Notes: a model not told the origin generated them from the letters alone. Positions 36,498 through 48,839 are shown, counted from the first letter of the stretch. The stretch: 64,000 nt of DNA from Escherichia coli (GCF_003019035.1 NZ_CP027447.1); one strand, 5' to 3'. Made by a program: numbers and translations.

Positions 36498-37937
36498 ATG
36501 TCAGTACCCGTTCAACATCCTATGTATATTGATGGACAGTTTGTTACCTGGCGTGGAGACGCATGGATTGATGTGGTAAACCCTGCTACAGAGGCTGTCA
36601 TTTCCCGCATTCCCGATGGTCAGGCCGAGGATGCCCGTAAGGCAATCGATGCAGCAGAACGTGCACAACCAGAATGGGAAGCGTTGCCTGCTATTGAACG
36701 CGCCAGTTGGTTGCGCAAAATCTCCGCCGGGATCCGCAAACGCGCCAGCGAAATCAGTGCGCTGATTGTTGAAGAAGGGGGCAAGATCCAGCAGCTGGCT
36801 GAAGTCGAAGTGGCTTTTACTGCGGACTATATCGATTACATGGCGGAGTGGGCACGGCGTTATGAAGGCGAGATTATTCAAAGCGATCGTCCAGGAGAAA
36901 ATATTCTTCTGTTTAAACGTGCGCTTGGCGTGACTACCGGCATTCTGCCGTGGAACTTCCCGTTCTTCCTCATTGCCCGCAAAATGGCCCCCGCTCTTTT
37001 GACCGGTAATACCATCGTCATTAAACCCAGTGAATTTACGCCAAACAATGCGATTGCATTCGCCAAAATTGTCGATGAAATAGGCCTTCCGCGCGGCGTG
37101 TTTAACCTTGTTCTGGGGCGTGGTGAAACCGTTGGGCAAGAACTGGCGGGTAACCCAAAGGTCGCAATGGTCAGTATGACAGGCAGCGTCTCTGCAGGTG
37201 AAAAGATTATGGCGACTGCGGCGAAAAACATCACCAAAGTGTGCCTGGAATTGGGGGGTAAAGCACCGGCTATCGTAATGGACGATGCCGATCTTGAACT
37301 GGCAGTCAAAGCCATCGTTGATTCACGCGTTATTAATAGTGGGCAAGTGTGTAACTGTGCAGAACGTGTTTATGTACAGAAAGGCATTTATGATCAGTTT
37401 GTCAATCGGCTGGGTGAAGCGTTGCAGGCGGTTCAATTTGGTAACCCCGCTGAACGCAACGACATTGCGATGGGGCCGTTGATTAACGCCGCGGCGCTGG
37501 AAAGGGTCGAGCAAAAAGTGGCGCGCGCAGTAGAAGAAGGGGCGAGAGTGGCGTTGGGTGGCAAAGCGGTAGAGGGGAAAGGATATTATTATCCGCCGAC
37601 ATTGCTGCTGGATGTTCGCCAGGAAATGTCGATTATGCATGAGGAAACCTTTGGCCCGGTTCTGCCGGTGGTCGCATTTGATACGCTGGAAGAGGCTATC
37701 TCAATGGCGAATGATAGTGATTACGGCCTGACCTCATCAATCTATACCCAAAATCTGAACGTCGCGATGAAAGCCATTAACGGGCTGAAGTTTGGTGAAA
37801 CTTACATCAACCGTGAAAACTTCGAAGCTATGCAAGGCTTCCACGCCGGATGGCGTAAATCTGGTATTGGCGGCGCAGATGGTAAACATGGCCTGCATGA
37901 ATATCTGCAGACCCAGGTGGTTTATTTACAGTCTTAA
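36498..37937 (+). CDS. aldA: Lactaldehyde dehydrogenase (NAD-dependent aldehyde dehydrogenase), 479 aa
   Basis: ORF track; ALDH catalytic Cys (GQVCNCAER) and Glu (LELGGKAP) motifs. Confidence 0.95.
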   Translation: MSVPVQHPMYIDGQFVTWRGDAWIDVVNPATEAVISRIPDGQAEDARKAIDAAERAQPEWEALPAIERASWLRKISAGIRKRASEISALIVEEGGKIQQLAEVEVAFTADYIDYMAEWARRYEGEIIQSDRPGENILLFKRALGVTTGILPWNFPFFLIARKMAPALLTGNTIVIKPSEFTPNNAIAFAKIVDEIGLPRGVFNLVLGRGETVGQELAGNPKVAMVSMTGSVSAGEKIMATAAKNITKVCLELGGKAPAIVMDDADLELAVKAIVDSRVINSGQVCNCAERVYVQKGIYDQFVNRLGEALQAVQFGNPAERNDIAMGPLINAAALERVEQKVARAVEEGARVALGGKAVEGKGYYYPPTLLLDVRQEMSIMHEETFGPVLPVVAFDTLEEAISMANDSDYGLTSSIYTQNLNVAMKAINGLKFGETYINRENFEAMQGFHAGWRKSGIGGADGKHGLHEYLQTQVVYLQS

Positions 37938-37947
37938 TGAGTGGAAG

Positions 37948-37970
37948 AGGCGGAGGTTTTTCCTCCGCCT
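37948..37970. terminator. Bidirectional terminator between convergent aldA and gapC
   Basis: Hairpin AGGCGGAGG-TTTTT-CCTCCGCCT. Confidence 0.65.
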
Positions 37971-37977
37971 GTGTGCG

Positions 37978-38979
37978 TCAGAGTTTAGCGAATTTTTCGA
38001 GGGTGCGAATGAGCTGTGTGACGAAGCCATATTCGTTATCGTACCAGGCGACCGTTTTCACCAGTTGTAAATCGCCCACGGCGGTAATTTCCGTTTGCGT
38101 GGCATCAAACACCGAACCGAAATGGCTGCCAATGATATCGGAAGAGACTATTTCTTCATCGGTATAACCAAATGACTCGTTATTGGTGGTTGCTTGTTTA
38201 AGTGCGTTATTCACCTCTTCGGCAGTCACTTTTTTTCCGAGAATGGACACCAGCTCAGTGACCGAACCTGTTTTCACCGGCACGCGTTGCGCATGACCTT
38301 TCAGTTTGCCGCTCAGTTCCGGGATCACCAGACCAATGGCTTTTGCCGCACCTGTAGTGTGGGGAATGATATTTTCTGCCGCTGCACGTGAAGCGCGTAG
38401 ATCTTTACCTCGCGGACCATCCACCAGTGACTGAGTGCCGGTATAGGCATGAATGGTCGTCATCGTGCCGACTTCTATTCCGAAACTGTCGTGCAAGGCT
38501 TTGGCCATCGGTGCAAGACAGTTAGTGGTGCATGACGCCACGGAAACAATGGTGTCGTTGCCATCCAGTGTGTCGTCATTGACGTTATAAACGATGGTTT
38601 TCATTTCACCGGCAGGGGCGGAAATCAACACCTTCTTCGCACCAGCATCAAGGTGCGCCTGCGATTTCTCGGCGGAGGTATAAAAGCCAGTACATTCGAC
38701 AATGATTTCTGCGCCTTTCGCTTTCCATGGAATATTTTTAGCCTCTTTTTCGGCGTAAACCGCGATACTTTTTCCATCAACGATAAGTGAATCTTCCGTA
38801 AAATCAACGCTCCAGGGGAACGGTCCGTAGTTTGAATCATGTTTCAACAGGTAGGCGAGAATTTTTGGGGAAGTGAGATCATTAATAGCAACAATGTCTA
38901 TGTTGCTTTTGACTTCAAGTAATCGACGCAACACCAGTCGACCGATACGACCAAAACCGTTAATACCAACTTTACTCAT
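37978..38979 (-). CDS. gapC: Glyceraldehyde-3-phosphate dehydrogenase paralogue, intact 333-aa reading frame
   Basis: ORF track; NAD-binding NGFGRIGR and catalytic-site SCTTNCLAP present; RBS AGGAGA upstream. Confidence 0.9.
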   Translation of the reverse strand: MSKVGINGFGRIGRLVLRRLLEVKSNIDIVAINDLTSPKILAYLLKHDSNYGPFPWSVDFTEDSLIVDGKSIAVYAEKEAKNIPWKAKGAEIIVECTGFYTSAEKSQAHLDAGAKKVLISAPAGEMKTIVYNVNDDTLDGNDTIVSVASCTTNCLAPMAKALHDSFGIEVGTMTTIHAYTGTQSLVDGPRGKDLRASRAAAENIIPHTTGAAKAIGLVIPELSGKLKGHAQRVPVKTGSVTELVSILGKKVTAEEVNNALKQATTNNESFGYTDEEIVSSDIIGSHFGSVFDATQTEITAVGDLQLVKTVAWYDNEYGFVTQLIRTLEKFAKL

Positions 38980-39167
38980 GGTCTTCTCCTGTCAGGAACG
39001 TTCGGATGAAAATTGATCCTTTCCAGGCTTAGACCAGGATGGCGGGATGGGCAATCTACATTCTTGCCGTGAAACGTAACGTACTGAAAACGGGTGAACA
39101 ATATTTAATGAAATTTTAAGAAAAGCTCGTTATGTTAACGGAAAATTATGTTAAAGCAGGAAATGTT

Positions 39168-39698
39168 ATGGAAAGTAAATATTCAAGGTTACAAATCGGC
39201 ATTCACTGGCTGGTCTTTTTGCTGGTTATCGCAGCGTATTGCGCAATGGAGTTTCGTGGTTTTTTCCCACGTGGCGATAGGCCGCTTATCAACATGATTC
39301 ATGTTTCCTGTGGCATCTCAATTCTCGTGCTGATGGTTGTTCGTCTTTTGTTAAGGCTTAAATACCCAACTCCGCCGATTGTACCTAAACCAAAACCGAT
39401 GATGACGGGACTGGCGCATTTGGGACATTTGGTGATCTATCTCCTGTTTATTGCGCTGCCAGTGATTGGTTTGGTGATGATGTATAACCGGGGCAACCCG
39501 TGGTCTGCGTTTGGTATGACAATGCCTTATGCAGCAGAGGCCAATTTCGAACGGGTTGATAGCTTAAAGTGGTGGCATGAGACGCTGGCGAATCTGGGAT
39601 ATTTTGTCATCGGGTTGCACGCTGCGGCTGCACTGGCACACCACTATTTCTGGAAGGACAACACACTTCTACGCATGATGCCGCGTAAACGTTCCTGA
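39168..39698 (+). CDS. cybB: Cytochrome b561, 176 aa
   Basis: ORF track frame; start at MESKYSRLQIGIHWLVFLLV; four-TM haem protein pattern. Confidence 0.9.
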   Translation: MESKYSRLQIGIHWLVFLLVIAAYCAMEFRGFFPRGDRPLINMIHVSCGISILVLMVVRLLLRLKYPTPPIVPKPKPMMTGLAHLGHLVIYLLFIALPVIGLVMMYNRGNPWSAFGMTMPYAAEANFERVDSLKWWHETLANLGYFVIGLHAAAALAHHYFWKDNTLLRMMPRKRS

Positions 39699-39708
39699 AG
39701 GATCTTTA

Positions 39709-39772
39709 AAGAAAACGCCTGTACTAAAACCGACCCGCGGTACAGGCGAAGAGTACGGGCCTACATCGGAAG
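39709..39772 (-). ncRNA. rydC: RydC small RNA (about 64 nt)
   Basis: Minus strand reads CUUCCGAUGUAGGCCCGUACUCUUCGCCUGUACCGCGGGUCGGUUUUAGUACAGGCGUUUUCUU; matches recalled RydC and its position just downstream of cybB. Confidence 0.65.
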
Positions 39773-39942
39773 CGCCTATTATATTTATTTGTATGACAAA
39801 TAAAACCATAATCCTTGTCCATATGTCCATCTGGCTTATCTTTAATCAATTCACACGATCTTTGATCTCATCAACAGTATCAAAATAAACCAGCGTATAA
39901 CGTTCAAATCGAACATAAGATTCGATAAACCATGGAGGTTAT

Positions 39943-40116
39943 ATGAAAAAACTGGCACTTATCTTGGTTATAGGAGCGCTTGTTTCCTTTTATGCCGATG
40001 CCGGGCGCAAACCCTGTTCTGGTTCGAAAGGGGGGATCTCACACTGTACGGCAGGCGGCAAATTTGTCTGTAATGATGGTTCTATTAGTGCATCGAAAAA
40101 AACATGCACTAACTGA
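39943..40116 (+). CDS. ydcA: Small secreted Cys-rich protein YdcA, 57 aa
   Basis: ATG with GGAGG upstream; MKKLALILVIGALVSFYADAGRKPCSGSKGGISHCTAGGKFVCNDGSISASKKTCTN; below ORF-track cutoff. Confidence 0.8.
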   Translation: MKKLALILVIGALVSFYADAGRKPCSGSKGGISHCTAGGKFVCNDGSISASKKTCTN

Positions 40117-40187
40117 AGTGTAAAAGGGGTGCCATGAGAAAATGAATCTGCTAGTCAGATGCGCGGGGAAAATCCCCGCGCTTGCCC

Positions 40188-40395
<208 letters not shown>

Positions 40396-40669
40396 TCGTT
40401 GGCCTCGGTTGATAGAAATATCGGTCGGGGCCTTCGTCTTTCTGATTCCCGGTTAGCCTGAAAACAGAAAGTCTCAGGCACCCGTGAGCATCCTATGTGG
40501 TTTCCTTAGGGACGAAAATAATCACCTGACGAAATTGCGTGCTGTTTTCCAGAATTTTTCGTCATTCGGGTTAGCCGGTTTAGCCATTCGTTACTCTCTT
40601 CATTCCAATAGCATTAATTTTCTCTGCAATAATTGTTGTAAAAATGTGACGCAAAGAGGTTTTTGGTCA

Positions 40670-40696
40670 TAAGTAATTACCGTCAAGTGCCGATGA
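40670..40696 (+). promoter_or_regulatory. Sigma28 (FliA)-type promoter for trg
   Basis: TAAGTAAT-N11-GCCGATGA, close to consensus TAAAGTTT-N11-GCCGATAA, about 40 bp upstream of the trg start. Confidence 0.6.
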
Positions 40697-40735
40697 CTTT
40701 CTATCAGGAGTAAACCTGGACGAGAGACAACGGTA

Positions 40736-42376
40736 ATGAATACAACTCCCTCACAGCGATTAGGTTTTTTGCATCACATCAGGCTGGTTCCGTTATTTGC
40801 CTGCATTCTTGGCGGTATCTTAGTTCTATTCGCATTAAGTTCTGCTCTGGCTGGCTATTTCCTCTGGCAGGCCGATCGCGATCAGCGTGATGTTACTGCG
40901 GAGATTGAGATTCGGACCGGGTTAGCGAACAGTTCAGATTTTTTGCGTTCAGCCCGGATCAATATGATTCAGGCCGGGGCAGCGAGTCGTATTGCGGAAA
41001 TGGAAGCAATGAAGCGAAATATTGCGCAAGCCGAATCGGAGATTAAACAGTCGCAGCAAGGTTATCGTGCTTATCAGAATCGGTCGGTGAAAACACCTGC
41101 TGATGAAGCCCTCGACACTGAATTAAATCAACGCTTCCAGGCTTATATCACGGGTATGCAACCGATGTTGAAATATGCCAAAAATGGCATGTTTGAAGCG
41201 ATTATCAATCATGAAAGTGAGCAGATCCGACCGCTGGATAATGCTTATACCGATATTTTGAACAAAGCCGTTAAGATACGTAGCACCAGAGCCAACCAAC
41301 TGGCGGAACTGGCCCATCAGCGCACCCGCTTGGGTGGGATGTTCATGATTGGCGCGTTTGTGCTTGCCCTGGTCATGACGCTGATAACATTTATAGTGCT
41401 ACGTCGGATCGTCATTCGTCCACTGCAACATGCCGCACAACGGATTGAAAAAATCGCCAGTGGCGATCTGACGATGAATGATGAACCGGCGGGTCGTAAT
41501 GAAATCGGTCGCTTAAGTCGTCATTTACAGCAAATGCAGCATTCACTGGGGATGACTGTAGGGACCGTTCGACAGGGCGCGGAAGAGATTTATCGTGGCA
41601 CCAGCGAAATTTCCGCTGGCAATGCGGACCTTTCATCTCGCACTGAAGAACAAGCGGCGGCAATTGAACAAACTGCCGCCAGCATGGAGCAACTCACTGC
41701 GACGGTGAAACAGAATGCGGATAACGCGCATCATGCCAGCAAACTGGCGCAAGAGGCTTCTATTAAAGCCTGCAATGGCGGGCAGACGGTTTCCGGTGTA
41801 GTAAAAACGATGGGCGCTATCTCCACGAGTTCGAAGAAAATTTCTGAGATCACCGCCGTCATCAACAGTATTGCTTTCCAGACGAATATTCTGGCACTGA
41901 ATGCTGCCGTTGAAGCCGCGCGAGCGGGTGAGCAAGGGCGTGGATTTGCCGTTGTCGCCAGCGAAGTACGGACACTCGCAAGCCGCAGCGCTCAGGCGGC
42001 GAAAGAGATTGAAGGCTTGATCAGTGAATCAGTCAGGTTAATTGACCTGGGATCGGATGAGGTGGCCACGGCCGGGAAAACCATGAGCACTATTGTTGAT
42101 GCCGTCGCGAGTGTCACACATATCATGCAGGAAATTGCCGCCGCCTCGGATGAACAAAGCAGAGGCATAACGCAGGTTAGCCAGGCGATTTCAGAAATGG
42201 ATAAGGTGACGCAACAGAATGCTTCTCTGGTAGAAGAGGCCTCAGCGGCGGCGGTGTCCCTTGAAGAACAGGCTGCACGATTAACTGAGGCGGTGGACGT
42301 ATTCCGTCTGAACAAACATTCTGTGTCGGCAGAACCTCGCGGAGCGGGTGAACCAGTTAGTTTCGCTACGGTGTGA
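40736..42376 (+). CDS. trg: Methyl-accepting chemotaxis protein III (ribose/galactose transducer), 546 aa
   Basis: ORF track; [26 protein letters not shown]...; HAMP and MCP signalling domains. Confidence 0.95.
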   Translation: MNTTPSQRLGFLHHIRLVPLFACILGGILVLFALSSALAGYFLWQADRDQRDVTAEIEIRTGLANSSDFLRSARINMIQAGAASRIAEMEAMKRNIAQAESEIKQSQQGYRAYQNRSVKTPADEALDTELNQRFQAYITGMQPMLKYAKNGMFEAIINHESEQIRPLDNAYTDILNKAVKIRSTRANQLAELAHQRTRLGGMFMIGAFVLALVMTLITFIVLRRIVIRPLQHAAQRIEKIASGDLTMNDEPAGRNEIGRLSRHLQQMQHSLGMTVGTVRQGAEEIYRGTSEISAGNADLSSRTEEQAAAIEQTAASMEQLTATVKQNADNAHHASKLAQEASIKACNGGQTVSGVVKTMGAISTSSKKISEITAVINSIAFQTNILALNAAVEAARAGEQGRGFAVVASEVRTLASRSAQAAKEIEGLISESVRLIDLGSDEVATAGKTMSTIVDAVASVTHIMQEIAAASDEQSRGITQVSQAISEMDKVTQQNASLVEEASAAAVSLEEQAARLTEAVDVFRLNKHSVSAEPRGAGEPVSFATV

Positions 42377-42414
42377 AAATGTTCAAGGAAGGGATCGACA
42401 GATCCCTTCACCTT

Positions 42415-43338
42415 TCAGAACGGCATTGATTTTCGAATAGCGTTAATCATCAACTGGCAACCAGAAGAGAACGTCGCATCTACGCGGGTCAGTATTCCAA
42501 TCGGTTCGCCTGCACCATGCCCCGGAACAGGCAGGGCCACCAGCGTGGCATGACGCAGGTCGTCTTTTACAGCGCCAGAAGGGACAAACCACACGTAGTC
42601 GTATTCAACCGTAAGTTGACGAGATAGCGAAGCAGACAGTGTTTCGATACAGCCCGAAGGAATTTTACAGCCTTGGCTCTGCACTAATGCATCTGAATGC
42701 TGGCGTGGCGCAGTGCCTTCTGGTGATACAACGACCGGCCATTCCAGCACCCGGCTTAGCGTTACGTTCTCCTGAAGTAGCGGATGATTAGGGCGGACAA
42801 CCAGCTTCAGCGATTCAAGAAACAGCAGTTCGTAATTAAGCCCGGTCATCAGTTCAGGATCTGACATCCGACCAATGCCGATATCTATTTCCCCGGTTTT
42901 TAAACCCGCAAGAATCATAGGGTTACTCATTGTCGCAACTTGCAAGGTCGTCTCTTTTTGTTGCTGATGAAACTGACCTATAACCGAAGGTAATATCCCC
43001 AGTGCCGCAGTCGGTAGTGCACCAACCCTGACGACATCATTATTAAGACCTTCTTTACGATGAAGCGACTGTCCAGCAGTGTTGATGGCGTCAAGAACTC
43101 TGACTGCATGCGTTAAAAATTGTTCGCCGGGTAAGGTAAGTTGCGCCCCCTGACGACCACGCTCAAACAAGCGTGCGCCCGTCAGCTGCTCCAGTTCATT
43201 CAATGTCTTAGAGAGCGCAGGTTGACTCAAATTAAGGGTTTCAGCCGCGCGCCCCAAAGTTCCTTGTTGTGCGACAGCTACGAATGTATGAAGGTGGCGC
43301 AAACGGATGCGCTGACTAAACAGACTATTTTTTTCCAT
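42415..43338 (-). CDS. ydcI: LysR-family transcriptional regulator YdcI, 307 aa
   Basis: ORF track frame; start at MEKNSLFSQRIRLRHLHTFVAVAQQG (LysR HTH). Confidence 0.88.
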   Translation of the reverse strand: MEKNSLFSQRIRLRHLHTFVAVAQQGTLGRAAETLNLSQPALSKTLNELEQLTGARLFERGRQGAQLTLPGEQFLTHAVRVLDAINTAGQSLHRKEGLNNDVVRVGALPTAALGILPSVIGQFHQQQKETTLQVATMSNPMILAGLKTGEIDIGIGRMSDPELMTGLNYELLFLESLKLVVRPNHPLLQENVTLSRVLEWPVVVSPEGTAPRQHSDALVQSQGCKIPSGCIETLSASLSRQLTVEYDYVWFVPSGAVKDDLRHATLVALPVPGHGAGEPIGILTRVDATFSSGCQLMINAIRKSMPF

Positions 43339-43554
43339 AAGCGATGTTAAAAACGAAGCGGTGTCGCTGACAAGTGAAGTTGTTTGATTATGATAACTTG
43401 ATTGCAAAATATTATTAACAATTAAAGCAATTATGTTACAGCAAAATGGATAATATTGATGTTTTCGCGGCGAGATCACAGTTTGTAAATTCTTCCCGCC
43501 GGAGTGAATGCGGTTACCTACACTCCAGATTACTGACCACTGGAGGCAGACACT

Positions 43555-44898
43555 ATGGCGAACAGCATCACGGCGGATGAGATTCGGGAACAGTTTTCGC
43601 AGGCAATGTCAGCCATGTACCAGCAAGAAGTTCCGCAGTACGGCACGCTGCTGGAACTGGTAGCTGATGTGAATCTGGCTGTGCTGGAAAACAATCCTCA
43701 ACTGCACGAAAAAATGGTAAATGCAGACGAGCTGGCGCGACTGAATGTTGAACGTCATGGGGCGATTCGTGTTGGGACTGCACAAGAGCTTGCTACTCTT
43801 CGGCGGATGTTTGCCATTATGGGGATGTACCCGGTGAGCTATTACGATCTCTCGCAGGCGGGAGTGCCGGTACATTCCACAGCATTTCGGCCCATTGATG
43901 ATGCTTCTCTGGCGCGTAATCCCTTCCGCGTTTTTACTTCATTACTCCGCCTTGAGCTTATCGAGAACGAAATTTTGCGCCAGAAAGCGGCGGAGATTCT
44001 GCGTCAGCGCGATATCTTCACCCCACGTTGTCGACAATTGTTAGAGGAATATGAGCAGCGGGGCGGTTTTAACGAAACACAGGCACAGGAGTTTGTGCAG
44101 GAAGCCCTGGAAACGTTTCGCTGGCACCAGTCAGCAACGGTGGATGAAGTAACCTATCGCGCCTTGCATAACGAACATCGGCTGATTGCTGATGTGGTCT
44201 GTTTTCCTGGATGCCATATCAACCACCTGACGCCACGCACGCTGGATATCGACCGGGTGCAGTCGATGATGCCTGAATGCGGAATTGAACCCAAAATTCT
44301 GATCGAAGGGCCGCCGCGCCGCGAGGTACCGATTTTACTACGCCAGACCAGCTTTAAAGCACTGGAAGAGACGGTGTTGTTTGCAGGGCAGAAACAGGGC
44401 ACGCATACCGCGCGCTTTGGTGAAATAGAGCAGCGTGGCGTGGCATTAACGCCGAAAGGACGACAACTGTATGATGATCTACTGCGGAACGCTGGAACCG
44501 GGCAGGATAATCTCACTCACCAAATGCATTTACAGGAAACCTTCCGCACTTTTCCTGACAGTGAGTTTTTAATGCGTCAGCAAGGGTTGGCATGGTTCCG
44601 GTACCGTCTGACGCCTTCAGGTGAGGCGCATCGTCAGGCGATTCATCCCGGAGACGATCCACAGCCCTTAATTGAACGTGGTTGGGTAGTGGCGCAACCC
44701 ATTACCTATGAAGATTTCTTGCCTGTTAGCGCGGCGGGGATCTTCCAGTCAAATCTGGGTAATGAAACGCAGGCACGCAGTCACGGTAATGCCAGTCGCG
44801 AAGCATTTGAGCAGGCGTTGGGCTGCCCGGTTTTGGATGAGTTCCAGCTTTATCAGGAAGCGGAAGAACGCAGTAAACGTCGCTGTGGTTTGCTTTAA
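43555..44898 (+). CDS. ydcJ: DUF1338-family protein YdcJ, 447 aa
   Basis: ORF track; TGGAGG RBS upstream. Confidence 0.88.
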   Translation: MANSITADEIREQFSQAMSAMYQQEVPQYGTLLELVADVNLAVLENNPQLHEKMVNADELARLNVERHGAIRVGTAQELATLRRMFAIMGMYPVSYYDLSQAGVPVHSTAFRPIDDASLARNPFRVFTSLLRLELIENEILRQKAAEILRQRDIFTPRCRQLLEEYEQRGGFNETQAQEFVQEALETFRWHQSATVDEVTYRALHNEHRLIADVVCFPGCHINHLTPRTLDIDRVQSMMPECGIEPKILIEGPPRREVPILLRQTSFKALEETVLFAGQKQGTHTARFGEIEQRGVALTPKGRQLYDDLLRNAGTGQDNLTHQMHLQETFRTFPDSEFLMRQQGLAWFRYRLTPSGEAHRQAIHPGDDPQPLIERGWVVAQPITYEDFLPVSAAGIFQSNLGNETQARSHGNASREAFEQALGCPVLDEFQLYQEAEERSKRRCGLL

Positions 44899-45122
44899 AT
44901 TCTGACCATCCGCCTTTGCAAAAATTTGCCTGATTTTACAAACGAATCAGGCTCATCCCATCGACATAAAAAAATTGCCGATTTATGCATATTCTCTCAG
45001 TTCAACAATTGGATTATTAATAAATATTGTCTAGAGTGAGCGGTCATAAATAAGCACTTTCTTGCCGCTGAAAACGACCAGCGCGGGACCATTCACAACA
45101 CCAGAAGGACTCACTTTCAGGT

Positions 45123-46778
45123 ATGGATCGTAGACGATTTATTAAAGGTTCAATGGCTATGGCCGCCGTGTGCGGTACCAGCGGCATTGCTTCTCTTTTT
45201 TCTCAGGCGGCATTCGCGGCAGATTCTGATATTGCCGACGGGCAAACCCAGCGTTTTGACTTCTCCATTCTACAGTCAATGGCGCACGACTTAGCGCAAA
45301 CAGCGTGGCGTGGTGCGCCGCGTCCGTTACCTGACACGCTGGCGACAATGACGCCGCAGGCTTATAACAGTATTCAATACGACGCCGAAAAATCGCTCTG
45401 GCATAACGTTGAGAACCGTCAACTGGACGCTCAGTTTTTCCATATGGGAATGGGATTCCGTCGCCGCGTTCGTATGTTTTCTGTTGATCCCGCAACACAT
45501 CTGGCGCGTGAAATTCACTTTCGCCCGGAGTTGTTCAAATACAACGATGCGGGTGTGGATACCAAACAATTAGAAGGGCAAAGCGATCTCGGTTTTGCCG
45601 GTTTTCGCGTGTTTAAAGCCCCCGAACTGGCGCGCCGTGATGTCGTATCATTCCTCGGTGCGAGTTATTTCCGCGCCGTTGACGACACATATCAATACGG
45701 TCTATCGGCTCGCGGCCTGGCGATCGACACTTACACCGACAGTAAAGAAGAGTTCCCCGACTTTACCGCCTTCTGGTTTGATACGGTAAAACCGGGGGCA
45801 ACCACCTTTACCGTTTATGCGTTGCTCGATAGCGCCAGCATTACTGGTGCCTATAAGTTCACTATCCATTGCGAGAAAAGTCAGGTGATTATGGATGTGG
45901 AAAATCACCTGTATGCGCGCAAAGACATTAAACAGCTGGGCATTGCGCCGATGACCAGTATGTTCAGCTGCGGTACTAATGAACGTCGGATGTGCGACAC
46001 CATTCATCCGCAAATCCATGACTCTGATCGTTTGTCCATGTGGCGGGGCAACGGCGAGTGGATTTGTCGTCCGCTGAACAATCCGCAAAAATTGCAGTTC
46101 AATGCTTACACCGACAACAACCCGAAAGGGTTTGGTTTATTGCAACTGGATCGTGATTTCTCCCATTATCAGGACATTATGGGCTGGTATAACAAACGCC
46201 CAAGTCTGTGGGTGGAACCGCGTAACAAGTGGGGTAAGGGCACCATCGGCCTGATGGAAATCCCAACAACGGGCGAAACGCTGGATAACATTGTCTGCTT
46301 CTGGCAGCCAGAAAAAGCTGTAAAAGCGGGTGATGAGTTTGCATTCCAGTATCGTCTGTACTGGAGTGCGCAACCGCCTGTTCATTGCCCATTAGCGCGC
46401 GTTATGGCGACGCGTACCGGCATGGGTGGTTTCCCGGAAGGTTGGGCTCCTGGTGAACACTATCCCGAAAAATGGGCGCGTCGTTTTGCCGTCGATTTCG
46501 TTGGTGGTGATCTGAAAGCTGCCGCGCCAAAAGGCATTGAGCCGGTGATTACGCTTTCCAGTGGGGAAGCGAAGCAAATCGAAATTCTCTATATTGAACC
46601 CATTGATGGTTATCGTATTCAGTTTGACTGGTATCCGACTTCGGACTCCACTGATCCGGTCGATATGCGGATGTATCTGCGTTGTCAGGGCGACGCTATC
46701 AGTGAAACATGGCTGTATCAGTATTTCCCGCCAGCGCCGGATAAACGTCAGTATGTTGACGACCGCGTGATGAGTTAA
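45123..46778 (+). CDS. opgD: Glucans biosynthesis protein D (periplasmic, Tat-exported), 551 aa
   Basis: ORF track; twin-arginine signal [18 protein letters not shown]...AFA. Confidence 0.93.
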   Translation: MDRRRFIKGSMAMAAVCGTSGIASLFSQAAFAADSDIADGQTQRFDFSILQSMAHDLAQTAWRGAPRPLPDTLATMTPQAYNSIQYDAEKSLWHNVENRQLDAQFFHMGMGFRRRVRMFSVDPATHLAREIHFRPELFKYNDAGVDTKQLEGQSDLGFAGFRVFKAPELARRDVVSFLGASYFRAVDDTYQYGLSARGLAIDTYTDSKEEFPDFTAFWFDTVKPGATTFTVYALLDSASITGAYKFTIHCEKSQVIMDVENHLYARKDIKQLGIAPMTSMFSCGTNERRMCDTIHPQIHDSDRLSMWRGNGEWICRPLNNPQKLQFNAYTDNNPKGFGLLQLDRDFSHYQDIMGWYNKRPSLWVEPRNKWGKGTIGLMEIPTTGETLDNIVCFWQPEKAVKAGDEFAFQYRLYWSAQPPVHCPLARVMATRTGMGGFPEGWAPGEHYPEKWARRFAVDFVGGDLKAAAPKGIEPVITLSSGEAKQIEILYIEPIDGYRIQFDWYPTSDSTDPVDMRMYLRCQGDAISETWLYQYFPPAPDKRQYVDDRVMS

Positions 46779-46917
46779 TCGTTTTTTCTTCGGCACCTTC
46801 TTCGGGAGGTGCCGTCTGGTTAAACACGATCCCGCTCGCATTTTTCCCTAAGTTAAATGAGTAATCTGATGGTGTGTATTTCAGATACACCTTGTCAGCC
46901 ACTAACAGGGAGTGCGT

Positions 46918-47142
46918 ATGTTTCCAGAATATCGAGATTTAATATCCCGTCTGAAAAACGAAAATCCTCGCTTTATGTCCTTGTTCGATAAACACAATAA
47001 ACTTGATCATGAAATTGCCAGAAAGGAAGGTTCCGACGGTCGAGGGTACAATGCGGAAGTGGTCCGCATGAAAAAACAAAAGCTACAGTTAAAAGATGAG
47101 ATGCTCAAAATCCTGCAGCAGGAGAGCGTCAAAGAGGTGTAA
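46918..47142 (+). CDS. ydcH: DUF465-family small protein YdcH, 74 aa
   Basis: ORF track frame; ATG start MFPEYRDLISRLKNENPRF... Confidence 0.85.
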   Translation: MFPEYRDLISRLKNENPRFMSLFDKHNKLDHEIARKEGSDGRGYNAEVVRMKKQKLQLKDEMLKILQQESVKEV

Positions 47143-47150
47143 ACTTTCCT

Positions 47151-47176
47151 AAGCCGCCAGCCAGGCGGCTTTTTTA
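47151..47176 (+). terminator. Rho-independent terminator after ydcH
   Basis: AAGCCGCC-AGCCAG-GCGGCTT followed by TTTTT. Confidence 0.7.
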
Positions 47177-47204
47177 ACAACTGCATGGATTGACTGGAGA
47201 TAAG

Positions 47205-47744
47205 ATGACCGAAACGATAAAAGTAAGTGAATCACTTGAATTACATGCTGTTGCAGAAAGTCATGTCACACCTCTTTATCAGTTAATCTGTAAAAATAGA
47301 ACCTGGTTACAGCAGTCGCTAAACTGGCCGCAGTTTGTTCAAAGTGAAGAGGACACGCGAAAAACGGTGCAGGGCAATGTAATGTTGCATCAACGCGGCT
47401 ATGCCAAAATGTTCATGATTTTCAAAGAAGATGAACTTATCGGCGTTATCTCGTTTAATCGTATTGAACCACTGAATAAAACCGCTGAAATCGGCTACTG
47501 GCTGGACGAATCTCATCAGGGGCAGGGGATCATTTCTCAGGCGCTGCAGGCATTGATTCATCATTACGCTCAGTCTGGTGAACTTAGACGCTTCGTGATC
47601 AAATGTCGGGTGGACAATGCGCAAAGCAACCAGGTCGCTTTGCGCAATGGTTTTATCCTTGAAGGTTGCCTGAAACAGGCTGAGTTCCTGAATGATGCCT
47701 ATGATGATGTGAACTTATACGCGCGTATTATCGATTCACAATAA
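47205..47744 (+). CDS. rimL: Ribosomal protein L7/L12 N-acetyltransferase (GNAT), 179 aa
   Basis: ORF track frame; start at [20 protein letters not shown] motif QGQGIIS. Confidence 0.9.
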   Translation: MTETIKVSESLELHAVAESHVTPLYQLICKNRTWLQQSLNWPQFVQSEEDTRKTVQGNVMLHQRGYAKMFMIFKEDELIGVISFNRIEPLNKTAEIGYWLDESHQGQGIISQALQALIHHYAQSGELRRFVIKCRVDNAQSNQVALRNGFILEGCLKQAEFLNDAYDDVNLYARIIDSQ

Positions 47745-48716
47745 CCCTGCCAACGGCGTTCGAGTAATGCGCTCCTCGCCGTTAATGACTTTTGGACCAC
47801 GGACATGAACCGTGTCGCCATCAAAGGCTTCAACGACGGCGTGGTCGGTTAACTCCACATGGTTTTCAATTATCACCGCACCTGTAATACGGCTCTCACC
47901 TTGTATGACAACGTGCTCGTCGAGCAGAATCGGTCCGCCACGTACCACGGCATTTCCGCCAATCAAGACATGATGTTTTAACACACAATTACCTTCCACA
48001 ATGGCATATTCCGCCACCTGCGAACTGTAATGAATCGTCGGAATGGCATCTTCTTCTATGCCAGCTTTCACCTGCGCGTGACCGTAGACTTTAGCACAAT
48101 CGCATAGCCAGACGTTGTTCTCTTCATTACCCTCAATACTGGCAAAATCAAAAACTTCGGCGCGATGTTCAATAAAAGCATACCGGACGACGGCATCGCC
48201 ATAAATTTGTGCCTGGTGGACAATCCGCGAGGCGCTAACCCTCGCGCGATCATAAATTTGTAGCAGGAGTTGATGGTCGGGCGTTAAGCCTTGTGCGGCG
48301 ACGATCATAGAATGTTGATCAATTAAGGCGTGACCAAATATTCTACATTGACCGCAAACTAATGAGCCACGAATGGTGACACTGTCACTTATATATGCAC
48401 CCTGGCTGATTTCACTATTATCGATCCAGACATTATCCGTTGCGTAAACCTCTCCCCACAGCACGCTGGTGCCGGTGATACGCGTATTCCCGGAAATCAC
48501 CGTTCCGCCGAACGCAATAGCATTCTGGTCGTAAATCCAGCAATTTCCTTCCTGTGCTAACACCGTTTCGCGATCGATCCAGCCGCCAGCGGTTCCTGCT
48601 ATCACATCGTTAAAATCGCTAATGGCGATAATCTGCCGTAATAACACATTTTTTTTAGTGCCATCATCCTGATAACTAAAGGCTCGCTGTTCTTCACTTA
48701 GACGATATTTGCGCAT
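47736..48716 (-). CDS. ydcK: Hexapeptide-repeat (left-handed beta-helix) protein YdcK, 326 aa
   Basis: ORF track; 3' end overlaps the convergent rimL by 9 bp. Confidence 0.88.
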   Translation of the reverse strand: MRKYRLSEEQRAFSYQDDGTKKNVLLRQIIAISDFNDVIAGTAGGWIDRETVLAQEGNCWIYDQNAIAFGGTVISGNTRITGTSVLWGEVYATDNVWIDNSEISQGAYISDSVTIRGSLVCGQCRIFGHALIDQHSMIVAAQGLTPDHQLLLQIYDRARVSASRIVHQAQIYGDAVVRYAFIEHRAEVFDFASIEGNEENNVWLCDCAKVYGHAQVKAGIEEDAIPTIHYSSQVAEYAIVEGNCVLKHHVLIGGNAVVRGGPILLDEHVVIQGESRITGAVIIENHVELTDHAVVEAFDGDTVHVRGPKVINGEERITRTPLAGLL

Positions 48717-48839
48717 AGCGTTTTCCCACAGGTGACTTACTATAACCGTAGCAAATTCTGCGGCTCTGGCTATGCTCGAGAAAATTCCATAAAATGCATT
48801 TCAAATATACTTTATAAATTAAACAAAATGAGTAAGAAG

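Noticed and set aside
46779-46860. Hairpin GGCACCT-TCTTCGGG-AGGTGCC after opgD as a possible structured RNA
   Set aside because: Most simply a transcription terminator or mRNA 3' stabiliser for opgD; no further conserved structure visible.
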